Origin: Caldilinea sp.
GTDB taxonomy: Bacteria; Chloroflexota; Anaerolineae; Caldilineales; Caldilineaceae
NCBI GenBank assembly: GCA_039810225.1
Contig: JBDHWM010000005.1
Coordinates: 519 to 64,518 of the forward strand
Direction: 5' to 3'
DNA: 64,000 nucleotides
Below the pieces are notes generated by a model that was not told the DNA's origin, ran no database searches, and was given only the letters and a program-made list of their open reading frames with translations. The position numbers were made by a program, and so were the translations under genes. Below are positions 44,665 through 54,505 of the stretch, piece by piece. Each line of letters starts with the position of its first letter. Position 1 is the stretch's first letter.

Positions 44665-45771
44665 ATGGATCGTGTAGCAGATATGCGTGCGTTTATAGCC
44701 GAGTTGACCTCTGATCACGTCAACCGCAGCCAGGCATTAGGTGAGCTAGCAGCCGGCGTACACTCTGATCTCGAGTCGTTTCGTGCCGATCGCATGAAAA
44801 TGGCAGCCGACATGGGGTCTACGCTGAGTGGAGCACGACACGAACGGCAGGCAGCGATCGAGACGCTCCAACAGCAGACTCAGGCCTTCATGTCTGACGT
44901 CTCTGCCGGGCGCCAGGCGATGGCAGTCTCCATGTTCGATTCGCTGCTAATGGCACACGAGCAGATGTCGGCACATGTTGCATCGATGCTCAATGCAAAT
45001 GCAAGCACGCGCAAGGCAATGGCAGAGGCTCAGCGAGATGGGCTTGCAGCAGCCAGGGCCGCTCGCCAGGCTGAAGTAGCCGACCTCAAAGATGCTACCC
45101 AGACGCATATGGCTCAGATATCTGCCAGCCGGCAGGCGATGAGCGAAGAGCTCAGCGCAGAGTTGGCAGCAGATAAGGCTGACCGCAGCGCAATGGTGGC
45201 GCAGTTGCTTGCCGACATCGAGTCCATGCTTGCCAGAATTGACCTGGAAAATAGTGCAGCCGCTCACGAGCTTCGCCAGACATTGGCGGCCGACGCCCGG
45301 GCCCGAAGCCAGTCGGTAGCCTCCATGATGGAAACGATGACGGCTGATCGCCAGGCGGCCGCGGCTGAACAGGCGGCCAACTTGCAGGAGTTCCATTCGA
45401 CGTTGCACGACAGCGTGCAAGATCTTCTGGCAGGTAACAGTTCGGATCGTGTGGCGCTGCATGGAAGCCTGGTAGAGATGGGGCAACTCTGGCGGGAATA
45501 TGCCGCCATGATGAGGGGAGCGCCGGCGGTCCAGTCTGAACCGATGTCCCCACCTGATCGGGAGCCGGCCGCGCGCGAACCAGAAGAGGTCGATGACGTG
45601 GAGCAGTCAATCCTGGAATTTCTGGCCGACAAGCCGGAGGGGATGAAGCTCGTTGATATGGAACCCCTGTTTGGCCTGTCACGCCCGGTACTTGGCCGCC
45701 ACCTGCGAGCGCTGCTTGATGCAGGAAAGGTGGACAAGGATCCCAACACACTCGTGTACAAGCTCAAGTAG
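44665..45771 (+). CDS. GvpC-like helical repeat protein with C-terminal winged HTH
   Basis: Directly follows gvpA; Ala/Met-rich RxxMA-type motif recurs at 33/40-residue spacing; C-terminus SILEFL..KPEGMKLVDME..FGLSRPVLGRHLRALLDAGKV. Confidence 0.7.
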   Translation: MDRVADMRAFIAELTSDHVNRSQALGELAAGVHSDLESFRADRMKMAADMGSTLSGARHERQAAIETLQQQTQAFMSDVSAGRQAMAVSMFDSLLMAHEQMSAHVASMLNANASTRKAMAEAQRDGLAAARAARQAEVADLKDATQTHMAQISASRQAMSEELSAELAADKADRSAMVAQLLADIESMLARIDLENSAAAHELRQTLAADARARSQSVASMMETMTADRQAAAAEQAANLQEFHSTLHDSVQDLLAGNSSDRVALHGSLVEMGQLWREYAAMMRGAPAVQSEPMSPPDREPAAREPEEVDDVEQSILEFLADKPEGMKLVDMEPLFGLSRPVLGRHLRALLDAGKVDKDPNTLVYKLK

Positions 45772-45827
45772 CTTAGGCATTATCGGTATTTTCATCTCTC
45801 TTTTTTGCCGCAAAGGAGGCAAATCCT

Positions 45828-46043
45828 ATGGCAGTCGAGAAGGCAATTGGTTCCACCAGCCTGGCTGAAGTGATCGATCGCATCCTGGATAAGGGCATTG
45901 TGGTCGATGCGTGGGTCCGTGTGTCGGTCGTCGGCATTGAGATCCTGGCGTTGGAAGCTCGTGCGGTCGTGGCCTCGGTCGAGACCTACCTGAAGTATGC
46001 CGAGGCCATTGGTCTGACGGCGACCGCTGCGGCGCCGGCATAA
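45828..46043 (+). CDS. gvpA: Gas vesicle structural protein GvpA (copy 2)
   Basis: Identical to copy 1 except L34V; RBS AAGGAGG. Confidence 0.97.
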   Translation: MAVEKAIGSTSLAEVIDRILDKGIVVDAWVRVSVVGIEILALEARAVVASVETYLKYAEAIGLTATAAAPA

Positions 46044-46349
46044 TCCGCCGGTGGGCAGCCTCGGCACAGCGCGTTATCGGGTTGGATGAGCTTTCGCTCC
46101 GAACTACCCCATGACAGGCGTGTCGAACCTGGGCCGGTGGGTGCAGTGTCAATTCGAAGCAAGGACACTGCACCTACCCGCCCATTTGATGGGATTGAGG
46201 CTGCCAGCAGCTTTTCCGGTCGGGTGGCAGGTCGCGTTTTTTCATGCAATGCGTCTGTCACTACCAACGTCGGCATCTGGCCGCATTTTTTTTGGCCGCA
46301 CCGTCTGCTAGATTTTCTTACAGATAGTAATAGGAACCGAAACATCTCC

Positions 46350-47159
46350 ATGCGTCTTGGGAATCGCCGCATCAGATCTGCGGGCAAAGCAAGCGGCAGT
46401 ATTGAAGTCACGCTTCCGCCCGAATTAAGCCCGCTGGAGAGCATCGGCTGCCAGGTGATCGTTCGCGATGGAGCGCGCCCGGAGATAGTTCTGCAACCAG
46501 AACTGACACCTGCTGCTTTGATCTTCGGACGAATCTGGTCTCGCCTGCATCAACTGCTGCAACTCGCCGGTGAAATTGGGGACTTTCCAGCAAGCGAGGT
46601 GGACGCGGTCCTACTACCCAGCTCTGAAATGCAATCCAACTCGTCAGGTCGGCCGACCCTTGTTTACGCATACGCGCTCTCCATCGGGCGTGCAGTGGTA
46701 CCAACCTGGCCGGTCACCAATCCCGAATTCACGATCAGACTGTCACCGTTCGAGCGATCCGCCGAGCTTGACCGGATGATCGTCGGAGCCGTTCGTCCGC
46801 TAGCAGTCGTTGCCGGTCGCCGCCTCGGACTGTCTGGAGTTGTCGCATCCGTGTGGGCTCAGGCGCTGGTTATGTTGATGGTCTATGACTCAGGAAATGT
46901 CCTTGATCCAGGCGAGATCACAGCCGGCGGGGCTGATGTACAGCATGAACTGACGAGCACCAGGCAGATTTGGGAAGAGGTGTGCGGACGGAATGCATCT
47001 CCGCTGTGTGTCTTTGGTCCGCAGACTCAAGATCCACTCACACAGGTCGCGCTGCAGCGGATGATGAGCCGGTTCCGGGCCTGGCAGGAGCGTCCTGAGA
47101 AACACCGCTCAGCGCGCTCCGAATGGCAGACACCAGCATGGTTTCAAGGAGCACCGTAG
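46350..47159 (+). CDS. Hypothetical protein with AbrB/SpoVT-like N-terminus
   Basis: MRLGNRRIRSAGKASGSIEVTLPPEL...IVRDG..PEIVLQP. Confidence 0.55.
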   Translation: MRLGNRRIRSAGKASGSIEVTLPPELSPLESIGCQVIVRDGARPEIVLQPELTPAALIFGRIWSRLHQLLQLAGEIGDFPASEVDAVLLPSSEMQSNSSGRPTLVYAYALSIGRAVVPTWPVTNPEFTIRLSPFERSAELDRMIVGAVRPLAVVAGRRLGLSGVVASVWAQALVMLMVYDSGNVLDPGEITAGGADVQHELTSTRQIWEEVCGRNASPLCVFGPQTQDPLTQVALQRMMSRFRAWQERPEKHRSARSEWQTPAWFQGAP

Positions 47160-47262
47160 CCAGCGGTCGAATCATCATCAAAGAACACCGGTGCGGTCCA
47201 GTAATAGCGCAACATATGTATCTGCAATCCCGCCTTGTGCACCGTAGGAGCTTGAAAGACTC

Positions 47263-48381
47263 ATGAATCAACCTAATACGCCGGCTGGCCCGCAGACTCT
47301 GCGACCACAGGCAACGACCACATTTGTTGAAACGCCATTTGTTCGCGAACTGACAGAGCGCTCGCTGGCTTACATCCATGCGGGCTTCCCCGTTCACTTT
47401 CGAGGCCCGGCCGGCAGTGGCAAGACAACCCTGGCCCTTCACGTAGCCAGCCAGTTGGGGCGACCGCTGATGCTGATGACGGGTGACGATGAATTCAACA
47501 CCTCTGACCTGGTTGGGAAGGAGCGCGGGTTTCGCCGCCGCAAAGTGGTGGACAATTTCGTGCACTCCGTGCTGAAAACCGAAGAGAATATGACACAGCA
47601 ATGGGTCAGTAATCGTTTGACCGTCGCCTGCCAGGAAGGTTTCACCTTGGTCTATGACGAGTTCACACGCTCACGGCCGGAAGCCAACAATGTGCTCTTG
47701 TCCGTCTTGGAAGAACGCCTGCTCGTCCTGCCGTCAACGCCAAACAAGAACGGCTACGTACGGGTTCATCCAGACTTCCGGTCGCTATTTACGAGCAACC
47801 CCGAAGACTATGTCGGCGTGCACAAGAGCCAGGACGCGCTGCTCGACCGCATGATCACGATCGACCTGGAATATTTCGACCGTGAGACGGAAGTCGCGAT
47901 CACCGCTTCACGATCACACCTCCCCCACGCCTATGCAAGCCGTATCGTGGATCTTGTCCGTGGATTCCGTGCGTCCGGACAGTACGAGATCAAGCCAACT
48001 GTGCGCAAGTGTCTCATGATTGGAAAAGTCATGTCGATTCGACAGGCGCTACCTTCTGCAGCCGATCCGGTGTTTCGCCAGATCTGCCTGGACGTACTGG
48101 GCACGGAGCCGATGTACAGCGACGATCCTGCGGTCCGCAGCAGCCAACAGCGCCGCACTATTGAAGATTTGATCGATGCAACCTGTGCAGCAAATACCCT
48201 TCCGCCGCAAGAAGATCTTGTTGCCGAACGTCTGGATCCTGTCGACGTGAACGCAGGACTGTCGCGATCCGTCAACGGCAACCACCATTTCGAGCTCCCT
48301 GCAACTGACGTAGATTCCCTCCACGAAGCGGCGATTCTGGAGGATTTGAAAGCCGTCGCTGAGAATTCCAACGGTGTCTGA
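47263..48381 (+). CDS. gvpN: Gas vesicle AAA+ ATPase GvpN
   Basis: PVHFRGPAGSGKT, VVDNFVHSV, YDEFTRSRPEANN, FTSNPEDYVGVHKSQDALLDR. Confidence 0.93.
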   Translation: MNQPNTPAGPQTLRPQATTTFVETPFVRELTERSLAYIHAGFPVHFRGPAGSGKTTLALHVASQLGRPLMLMTGDDEFNTSDLVGKERGFRRRKVVDNFVHSVLKTEENMTQQWVSNRLTVACQEGFTLVYDEFTRSRPEANNVLLSVLEERLLVLPSTPNKNGYVRVHPDFRSLFTSNPEDYVGVHKSQDALLDRMITIDLEYFDRETEVAITASRSHLPHAYASRIVDLVRGFRASGQYEIKPTVRKCLMIGKVMSIRQALPSAADPVFRQICLDVLGTEPMYSDDPAVRSSQQRRTIEDLIDATCAANTLPPQEDLVAERLDPVDVNAGLSRSVNGNHHFELPATDVDSLHEAAILEDLKAVAENSNGV

Positions 48382-48411
48382 GCACATCGCTAAATCACCC
48401 TATGAGGCTTT

Positions 48412-48729
48412 ATGAACAAGCAGCGCCCACCTAAGAGCATGAAGCATGTACGCAGCATGCGCGATATATCGGCATCGTCTGCGGGTCCGGCCGACGAACA
48501 GACGCTTTACATCGAGCTGCATCGCCTTCTGACGGAAAAACAGCGGCTGGAAAACGAACTCAAGATGTGGCAGGCCAACGTCGACCGCATCACAGCACGG
48601 CTCGCCGAGATTGAGATCACTGTCGGTCAGGTGCGCTCCTCCGCATCCGAACTTGCCAACCGTGCGGCCAGCAAGCAAGGTGAGGAGAATGGATGGGAGG
48701 AGATGTCCTTCACCTACGGCGGCAACTAG
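48412..48729 (+). CDS. Small coiled-coil gas vesicle accessory protein (GvpV-like)
   Basis: Follows gvpN; YIELHRLLTEKQRLENEL coiled coil. Confidence 0.55.
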   Translation: MNKQRPPKSMKHVRSMRDISASSAGPADEQTLYIELHRLLTEKQRLENELKMWQANVDRITARLAEIEITVGQVRSSASELANRAASKQGEENGWEEMSFTYGGN

Positions 48730-48825
48730 GCGACAAACCGGCACAACACACGACTGATCAGGCTGGAGACCGCCTGTTCTCCAGCTTTGGCAAAACCGAC
48801 GGACCAATCGGTCAAGGAGCATGAA

Positions 48826-49359
48826 ATGACAGACGATAAAGGCAAACCTACCTTTGAGGGCAACATCAATATCGACCTGGGTTTCGGCAATCTCTTCAAA
48901 GGGTTGGGCAACTTCCTCGATGTGATCACAGAACTTGTAGAGAAAGCAGAAGACGTACAGGAGCGCACCGGCGAATTTGAGGCCGGAACCACTGCAAAAG
49001 GCGAGCCGATCCGAGGCGTCTACGGAATCCGCGTCAGCACGTTGCAGCGCGGTGGAATGCCCAAGGTGGAGACATTCGGCAACATTCGCACCACCGAAAA
49101 AGGACCAGTGGTCGACGAGAGTCGTGAACCCATCGTTGATATCTTCGACGAAGACGGGGCCATCCTTGTGGTTGCCGAACTGCCGGGTGTAGTGGAAACG
49201 GAGATCGACGTTAACGTGAGCGGCGATATTCTTATGATCAACACATCGGGCAAACGGCGCTACGCCAAGGAGATTCTGCTGCCTTCGCCAGTGGATCCGG
49301 CAACACTCCAGAAAGCCTATACGAATGGAATTCTCGAGGTGCGCGCCCACAAGGCGTAA
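48826..49359 (+). CDS. Hsp20/alpha-crystallin protein (GvpH-like, archaeal Hsp20-like)
   Basis: GVYGIRV, ETFGNI, REPIVDIFDE, VVAELPGV, YTNGILEV; RBS AAGGAG. Confidence 0.88.
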   Translation: MTDDKGKPTFEGNINIDLGFGNLFKGLGNFLDVITELVEKAEDVQERTGEFEAGTTAKGEPIRGVYGIRVSTLQRGGMPKVETFGNIRTTEKGPVVDESREPIVDIFDEDGAILVVAELPGVVETEIDVNVSGDILMINTSGKRRYAKEILLPSPVDPATLQKAYTNGILEVRAHKA

Positions 49360-49362
49360 GGC

Positions 49363-50442
49363 ATGAACGGTTATGGTGGGGCGATCGACCACACTATCAA
49401 GCACTTTGCCCTGCACAGGATCGGTGGACTCGAGTGGCGCATCATCTCGGATATCGAGTCGGGCGTCATTGCCATCACCGAAGTTGAGGAGGAAGTGCTG
49501 ACGCGGCTTGTCTCGTTGCCGCAGTGGCCCCATAGCGTGGTCAGTTTTTTCGTTCTACAGGATTTGAGCGCGCTGCAACGCCAGCTTCAGACGCGGGCCG
49601 AGAATGACACACAAGCAGCCGCTTTTCAGCCCTCGGCTTTGCCGGCCGGCGGTATCGATGCTCTTGCAGGTCGACCTGTCGTCAACCTCTACGATCTGGC
49701 TGATGCACAGACATGTAACGTCTTCGTCAATCAGCACGCGATGAAGGAAGCCGGCTATTGGGGTGATCGATTGGCCGAGGCAGCACTTCTGGCGCACGAA
49801 CACGCTCATCCACTGGTCGAAAATGGAACGATCGGCGCATCACGTAGAACTGCGTTGAACCTGATGGCAACCAGCCGCATACCGATCAGCCGAACCAATA
49901 CCGATGTTTGGGAAGAACGGGTCAACAACATCGTCGCAAATCTGGCCGAGCGTCTTTGCCTGTATGCACCGCGCGAGGTATTCACCAACGACCTTGTAAT
50001 CCGCTCCGGCTTTTCGGAGGCGTTGTGTTATCTGGACCGCATCACCATCGAAAAGTCGTTGCTCGCAGTGCAAGGCCGGCAGGCTCTGGCAGCAAGCCTG
50101 CGGGCAGAGGCGACACTGACCGATGCAGGGCGCGCGCTTTTCATGCTGCTGGCCGATTTTCAGGCCCATCTAGAGATGTCCTTTGAACTTGCATCTTTCC
50201 GACGCGAGCGCGCCGAATTGTGTATACACGAGCTTGATGCCCTGCTCCGAAAGCGCCTTTTCCCGAGCCTGGCGCCGGCAGTAGGACAGGCGTTTTCCTC
50301 GCTCTCGCAACGCTATGTACGACTTTCACCAGATTTGACCGGTGACCAGTTCATCACATTCGTCCATTCAATTCTTGCCGTTCTCGCCGATATCCTCGCG
50401 GCAAGCGGAGTCAGGTTAGATGGCAAGGTATCGACAATTTGA
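49363..50442 (+). CDS. Hypothetical protein with HExxH motif
   Basis: LLAHEHAHP and a downstream REVFTND. Confidence 0.6.
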   Translation: MNGYGGAIDHTIKHFALHRIGGLEWRIISDIESGVIAITEVEEEVLTRLVSLPQWPHSVVSFFVLQDLSALQRQLQTRAENDTQAAAFQPSALPAGGIDALAGRPVVNLYDLADAQTCNVFVNQHAMKEAGYWGDRLAEAALLAHEHAHPLVENGTIGASRRTALNLMATSRIPISRTNTDVWEERVNNIVANLAERLCLYAPREVFTNDLVIRSGFSEALCYLDRITIEKSLLAVQGRQALAASLRAEATLTDAGRALFMLLADFQAHLEMSFELASFRRERAELCIHELDALLRKRLFPSLAPAVGQAFSSLSQRYVRLSPDLTGDQFITFVHSILAVLADILAASGVRLDGKVSTI

Positions 50443-50465
50443 AACACGATGGGGAGCAGTTCAAG

Positions 50466-52628
50466 ATGGCAACCCGTGAAAAAGTGACAACCGAACTAAA
50501 CCTGCGCGTGGCCGAGGCATTGCCCAAGGACGCCGGTCGCGGCCTGGCTCGTGTAGATCCTGCCGACATTGACCGCCTGGGAATTTCAATCGGGGACATG
50601 ATCGAAGTGCGAGGCAAGCGCGCCACTGCTGCGCGTGTAATGCCTGCCTTTATGGAACAGCGCGGCAAGAGCACCGTCCAAATCGACGGCATCGTGCGTG
50701 AAAACGCGCAGACCGCCCTGGACGAAACTGTAACTCTACGCAAGATCGTGGCCAACGGAGCCCGGACCCTGGTGCTGGCGCCGTTGGGGCGTGCCGTTGC
50801 ACGGAGCGCAGCAGGCCATGCGGACTACATCGCCCGCCTTCTTGAAGGCCGGCCCGTCACACCAGGCGACCGCGTTCGCGTCGATCTACTGGGCACACAG
50901 GCCCAGGAATACCAGGTCATTGAAACCCAACCCCGCGGCACAGTCGTCGTACAACTCTCGACCCAGATTCGGATCCAAGGTGACAGCGACCAGAAGCCAC
51001 TCGACCGCATGGCAATTTCCTACGAAGACATTGGCGGATTGGAGCGTGAAATCCAACGAATTCGCGAGATGATCGAGTTGCCGCTACGATATCCCGAGGT
51101 GTTCGAACGCCTCGGAATCGAAGCACCGAAAGGCGTGTTGCTGTATGGTCCTCCCGGCACCGGCAAGACCCTGATTGCCCGGGCCGTTGCCTACGAAACA
51201 AATGCTGCGTTCATTCATGTCAACGGGCCAGAGGTTATTCACAAGTTCTATGGTGAGTCCGAGCAGCATCTGCGCACGATCTTCGAGCAGGCATCCAAGA
51301 AGGCGCCAAGCATCATTTTTCTCGACGAGTTGGATGCAATCGCCCCGAAGCGCGAGAACACGCAAGGCGAAGTTGAGAAGCGAGTCGTCGCCCAGCTCCT
51401 AGCCCTGATGGATGGGCTCAAAAACCGCGGCCAGGTCATCGTGATCGCGGCAACCAACATCCCCAACACGCTCGATCCGGCCCTCCGGCGTCCTGGCCGA
51501 TTCGACCGGGAGATCGCCGTCGGCATCCCGGATCGCAACGGACGATTGGCGATTCTGGAGATTCATAGCCGCGGCATGCCGCTTGACGACGATGTCGATC
51601 TGTCGCATCTTGCCGATATCACGCATGGTTTTGTCGGCGCCGATCTGGAAGCGCTGTGCCGTGAAGCCGCGATGATAACCTTGCGCCAGATCATACCCAA
51701 CATCGACTTTGCCCAGGCCAAAATTCCCTACGAACAGCTACTCAGCTTGACTGTATCACAGCGTGCGTTCCTCGAAGCAATGAACGAAGTTGAGCCCAGC
51801 GCCATCCGTGAGGTCTTCACCGAGATTCCTGATGTCGGTTGGGATGATGTCGGCGGGCTGGACGAAATCAAGCGCACCTTGCGCGAGGCTGTCGAGTGGC
51901 CATTGAAGTATGCCGGCCTGTTCCACCGAGCCCAGACACAGCCCCCAAAGGGAATCATGATCTACGGTCCGCCCGGCTGTGGAAAAACGCTCGTCGCAAA
52001 AGCCGTTGCTCGGGAGAGTGGCGTCAACTTCATCTCCATCAAGGGTCCAGAACTCCTTAGTAAGTGGGTGGGTGAAAGTGAGCGCGGCGTCCGAGAAGTA
52101 TTCAAGAAAGCGCGCATGGCAAGTCCGTGCATTCTCTTCCTGGATGAGATTGACGCATTGGCGCCAACACGCGGCAGCGGCGGCGACTCACATGTTGCCG
52201 AGCGCGTCGTAAGCCAACTTCTGACGGAGATGGACGGCATCGAGGAGTTGCATGGAGTCATGGTACTCGCCGCGACCAATCGCCCTGATATAGTCGACCC
52301 GGCGCTGCGTCGAGCCGGTCGCTTCGACATCTTGATGGAGTTACCGCGACCTGACGAGGCGACCCGCGCAGCGATCCTCAAGGTTCACACCGACCGAAAA
52401 CCGCTGGCAAAAGACGTCTCGTTGCCGCGACTGATCGACATGACCGATGGAGCCGTAGGCGCCGACTTGGAAGGGATATGCCGGCAGGCGGCGTTGCTGG
52501 CGATCCGCGAGTTTCTTGAAAAGCATCCGGACGGCGGAGATGCAGGCAAACTGGTGATACGCATGCGCCATTTCGTGAGCGCCGTGGAAGCCGCATTGCC
52601 TTTCGGCAGCCGCGACCTGTTCGTGTAA
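50466..52628 (+). CDS. CDC48/p97/VCP family AAA+ ATPase
   Basis: N-domain (DAGRGLARVD), YEDIGGL...IREMIELPL, GPPGTGKT, WDDVGGL, GPPGCGKT, ELLSKWVGESE, RPGRFD. Confidence 0.95.
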   Translation: MATREKVTTELNLRVAEALPKDAGRGLARVDPADIDRLGISIGDMIEVRGKRATAARVMPAFMEQRGKSTVQIDGIVRENAQTALDETVTLRKIVANGARTLVLAPLGRAVARSAAGHADYIARLLEGRPVTPGDRVRVDLLGTQAQEYQVIETQPRGTVVVQLSTQIRIQGDSDQKPLDRMAISYEDIGGLEREIQRIREMIELPLRYPEVFERLGIEAPKGVLLYGPPGTGKTLIARAVAYETNAAFIHVNGPEVIHKFYGESEQHLRTIFEQASKKAPSIIFLDELDAIAPKRENTQGEVEKRVVAQLLALMDGLKNRGQVIVIAATNIPNTLDPALRRPGRFDREIAVGIPDRNGRLAILEIHSRGMPLDDDVDLSHLADITHGFVGADLEALCREAAMITLRQIIPNIDFAQAKIPYEQLLSLTVSQRAFLEAMNEVEPSAIREVFTEIPDVGWDDVGGLDEIKRTLREAVEWPLKYAGLFHRAQTQPPKGIMIYGPPGCGKTLVAKAVARESGVNFISIKGPELLSKWVGESERGVREVFKKARMASPCILFLDEIDALAPTRGSGGDSHVAERVVSQLLTEMDGIEELHGVMVLAATNRPDIVDPALRRAGRFDILMELPRPDEATRAAILKVHTDRKPLAKDVSLPRLIDMTDGAVGADLEGICRQAALLAIREFLEKHPDGGDAGKLVIRMRHFVSAVEAALPFGSRDLFV

Positions 52629-52667
52629 GCAAAGCTGGAAATCGTCAAAATCGGAAGGATTGCCATC

Positions 52668-53690
52668 ATGAAGTATGTGTACGGCATTGTACCCGTCAAC
52701 GGAATTGTCTATGAGTATGATGACATGGCGTTCGCTGCGCCGGATAGCACGTTTCAGATGGTTCGCGATGGCGACCTGGCGGCCATCATCAGCGATTCGA
52801 CTTTCGCGACGTTGGGCGACCTGTCGCGCGCAGAACTGATGCGATCGTTGACGCGCCACCAAGAAGCCATTGAGGAGTTGATGGAGCATTCACCTGTGCT
52901 CCCGGTCAAGTTTGGCACGGTGTTCGACAACGAAGCTCAGGTGAGGACGCTACTCCACATTGGCCAGGAGGAGTTTCGGCGCACGGTGCAACGGGTTGGC
53001 GGTTGTGTCGAGTTTGACGTAGCTGTGATGTGGGAGCCCGGCCCGATTTTTGCCCAGATCGCCAGTGATCCACAGATTGTCACCCTCAAGGCACAAGTCG
53101 AAACGCTGCCGCCCGACGAGCGGATGAGGGGAAGCGTTGCTGTTGGTCAATTTGTCAAGCAGATGTTTGAGGAGCGCCGCAATGTAATGCGCGATAAACT
53201 GGTCCAGGAGTTGGGCGGCGTCGTGACCCAGTGGCAATTGAACCCACTCATGGACGAGAACATGGTGATGAATGTTGCCTGTCTGGTCGATGATCACCAG
53301 CTTTCGGCGCTGGAACAGGCTGTCTACCAGCTTGACGAGCAGTACACCGGTCAACTGAACTTCCGATTGATCGGGCCCTTGCCGCCATACAGTTTTGCCA
53401 CTGTGGAAGTGCGCATCGTACGCCCTGAAAACCTGGTGGCCGCCTGCGAATTGTTGCACCTCAGCGATCCCGATTGCACCCCAGAACAGGTAAAACACGC
53501 ATTCTATCAACAGGCCCGGCTCGTTCATCCCGATGTGACAGGTGATGATCCTGCCGCACGCGCGCACTTCATGCAGTTGACCGAAGCGTACCGCCTGATG
53601 ACCGACATTGCGCAGCAAGTGCCGGCTGGCCCGCTTGGCAGCGGCCGCGACCCGCGCATACTGCTGCATGTAGGAGGCATAACCGCATGA
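52668..53690 (+). CDS. GvpL/GvpF family protein fused to a C-terminal DnaJ J-domain
   Basis: KYVYGI, VLPVKFGT, IGPLPPYSF, then EQVKHAFYQQARLVHPD...FMQLTEAY. Confidence 0.88.
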   Translation: MKYVYGIVPVNGIVYEYDDMAFAAPDSTFQMVRDGDLAAIISDSTFATLGDLSRAELMRSLTRHQEAIEELMEHSPVLPVKFGTVFDNEAQVRTLLHIGQEEFRRTVQRVGGCVEFDVAVMWEPGPIFAQIASDPQIVTLKAQVETLPPDERMRGSVAVGQFVKQMFEERRNVMRDKLVQELGGVVTQWQLNPLMDENMVMNVACLVDDHQLSALEQAVYQLDEQYTGQLNFRLIGPLPPYSFATVEVRIVRPENLVAACELLHLSDPDCTPEQVKHAFYQQARLVHPDVTGDDPAARAHFMQLTEAYRLMTDIAQQVPAGPLGSGRDPRILLHVGGITA

Positions 53691-54505
53691 GGAACGAACA
53701 GGGACGCTATGTATACGGGATTATCCGCAGGCCCCCGATGTTGACATTCAACTTCACAGGACTCGATGACAAGCCGGTAAAAGTGATTCCCTTCGAGAAT
53801 CTGGCGGCTGTTGTCAGCGAGTCTCCCGTGCGTCGCTATGCCGTCGATCGCGAGCACACGCTGAGACACGAATGGGTCATCGAGCAGTTAATGACCTATT
53901 ACACGGTGCTACCTGTACGCTACGGAACCGTCGCCGTAAGCGAAGATGACGTCCGGCTGAAACTGCTACGCCGCCAATTCGGCTCGTTGCATGGGCTGCT
54001 GAAGCGCATGGATAACAAGGTCGAGCTTGGCGTAAAAGCTGTGTATGACCGCGAGCGGATCTTTGCCACCTTGGTCGACGAGGACGCTGAGTTGAGACTC
54101 TTCCGCGATGCCCTGAACGGTCGCTCCGAAAGTGAGACGCGCTACGAACGCATCCAGCTTGGCCAAATGGTCGAACAGGCTCTGGTCGATCGACGAGCAC
54201 GAGATGCCCGCCAAATCATCGAAGTTTTGCGCCCGCTGGCCCAGGAGGTGCGTGAGAACCCGATTCTTGGCGACATGATGGTAACAAACTGTGCATTCCT
54301 GGTTGATAAACGCCGCGAATCGGTCTTCGACGCTCGGATACAAAGTCTCGATGAGGAATACGGCGGCCTGCTCAGTTTCCGCTACGTCGGCCCCCTTCCA
54401 CCCTTCAATTTCGTATCGCTCGCCGTCAACTGGGACGACGACGAGCCGGCATCAGATGCACCTGACTGGGAAGTGTTAGCCGGAAAAGAGGTGGCATATG
54501 AATAA
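53687..54505 (+). CDS. gvpF: GvpL/GvpF family gas vesicle protein
   Basis: YVYGII, VLPVRYGT, KVELGVK, YVGPLPPFNFV. Confidence 0.88.
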   Translation: MRNEQGRYVYGIIRRPPMLTFNFTGLDDKPVKVIPFENLAAVVSESPVRRYAVDREHTLRHEWVIEQLMTYYTVLPVRYGTVAVSEDDVRLKLLRRQFGSLHGLLKRMDNKVELGVKAVYDRERIFATLVDEDAELRLFRDALNGRSESETRYERIQLGQMVEQALVDRRARDARQIIEVLRPLAQEVRENPILGDMMVTNCAFLVDKRRESVFDARIQSLDEEYGGLLSFRYVGPLPPFNFVSLAVNWDDDEPASDAPDWEVLAGKEVAYE

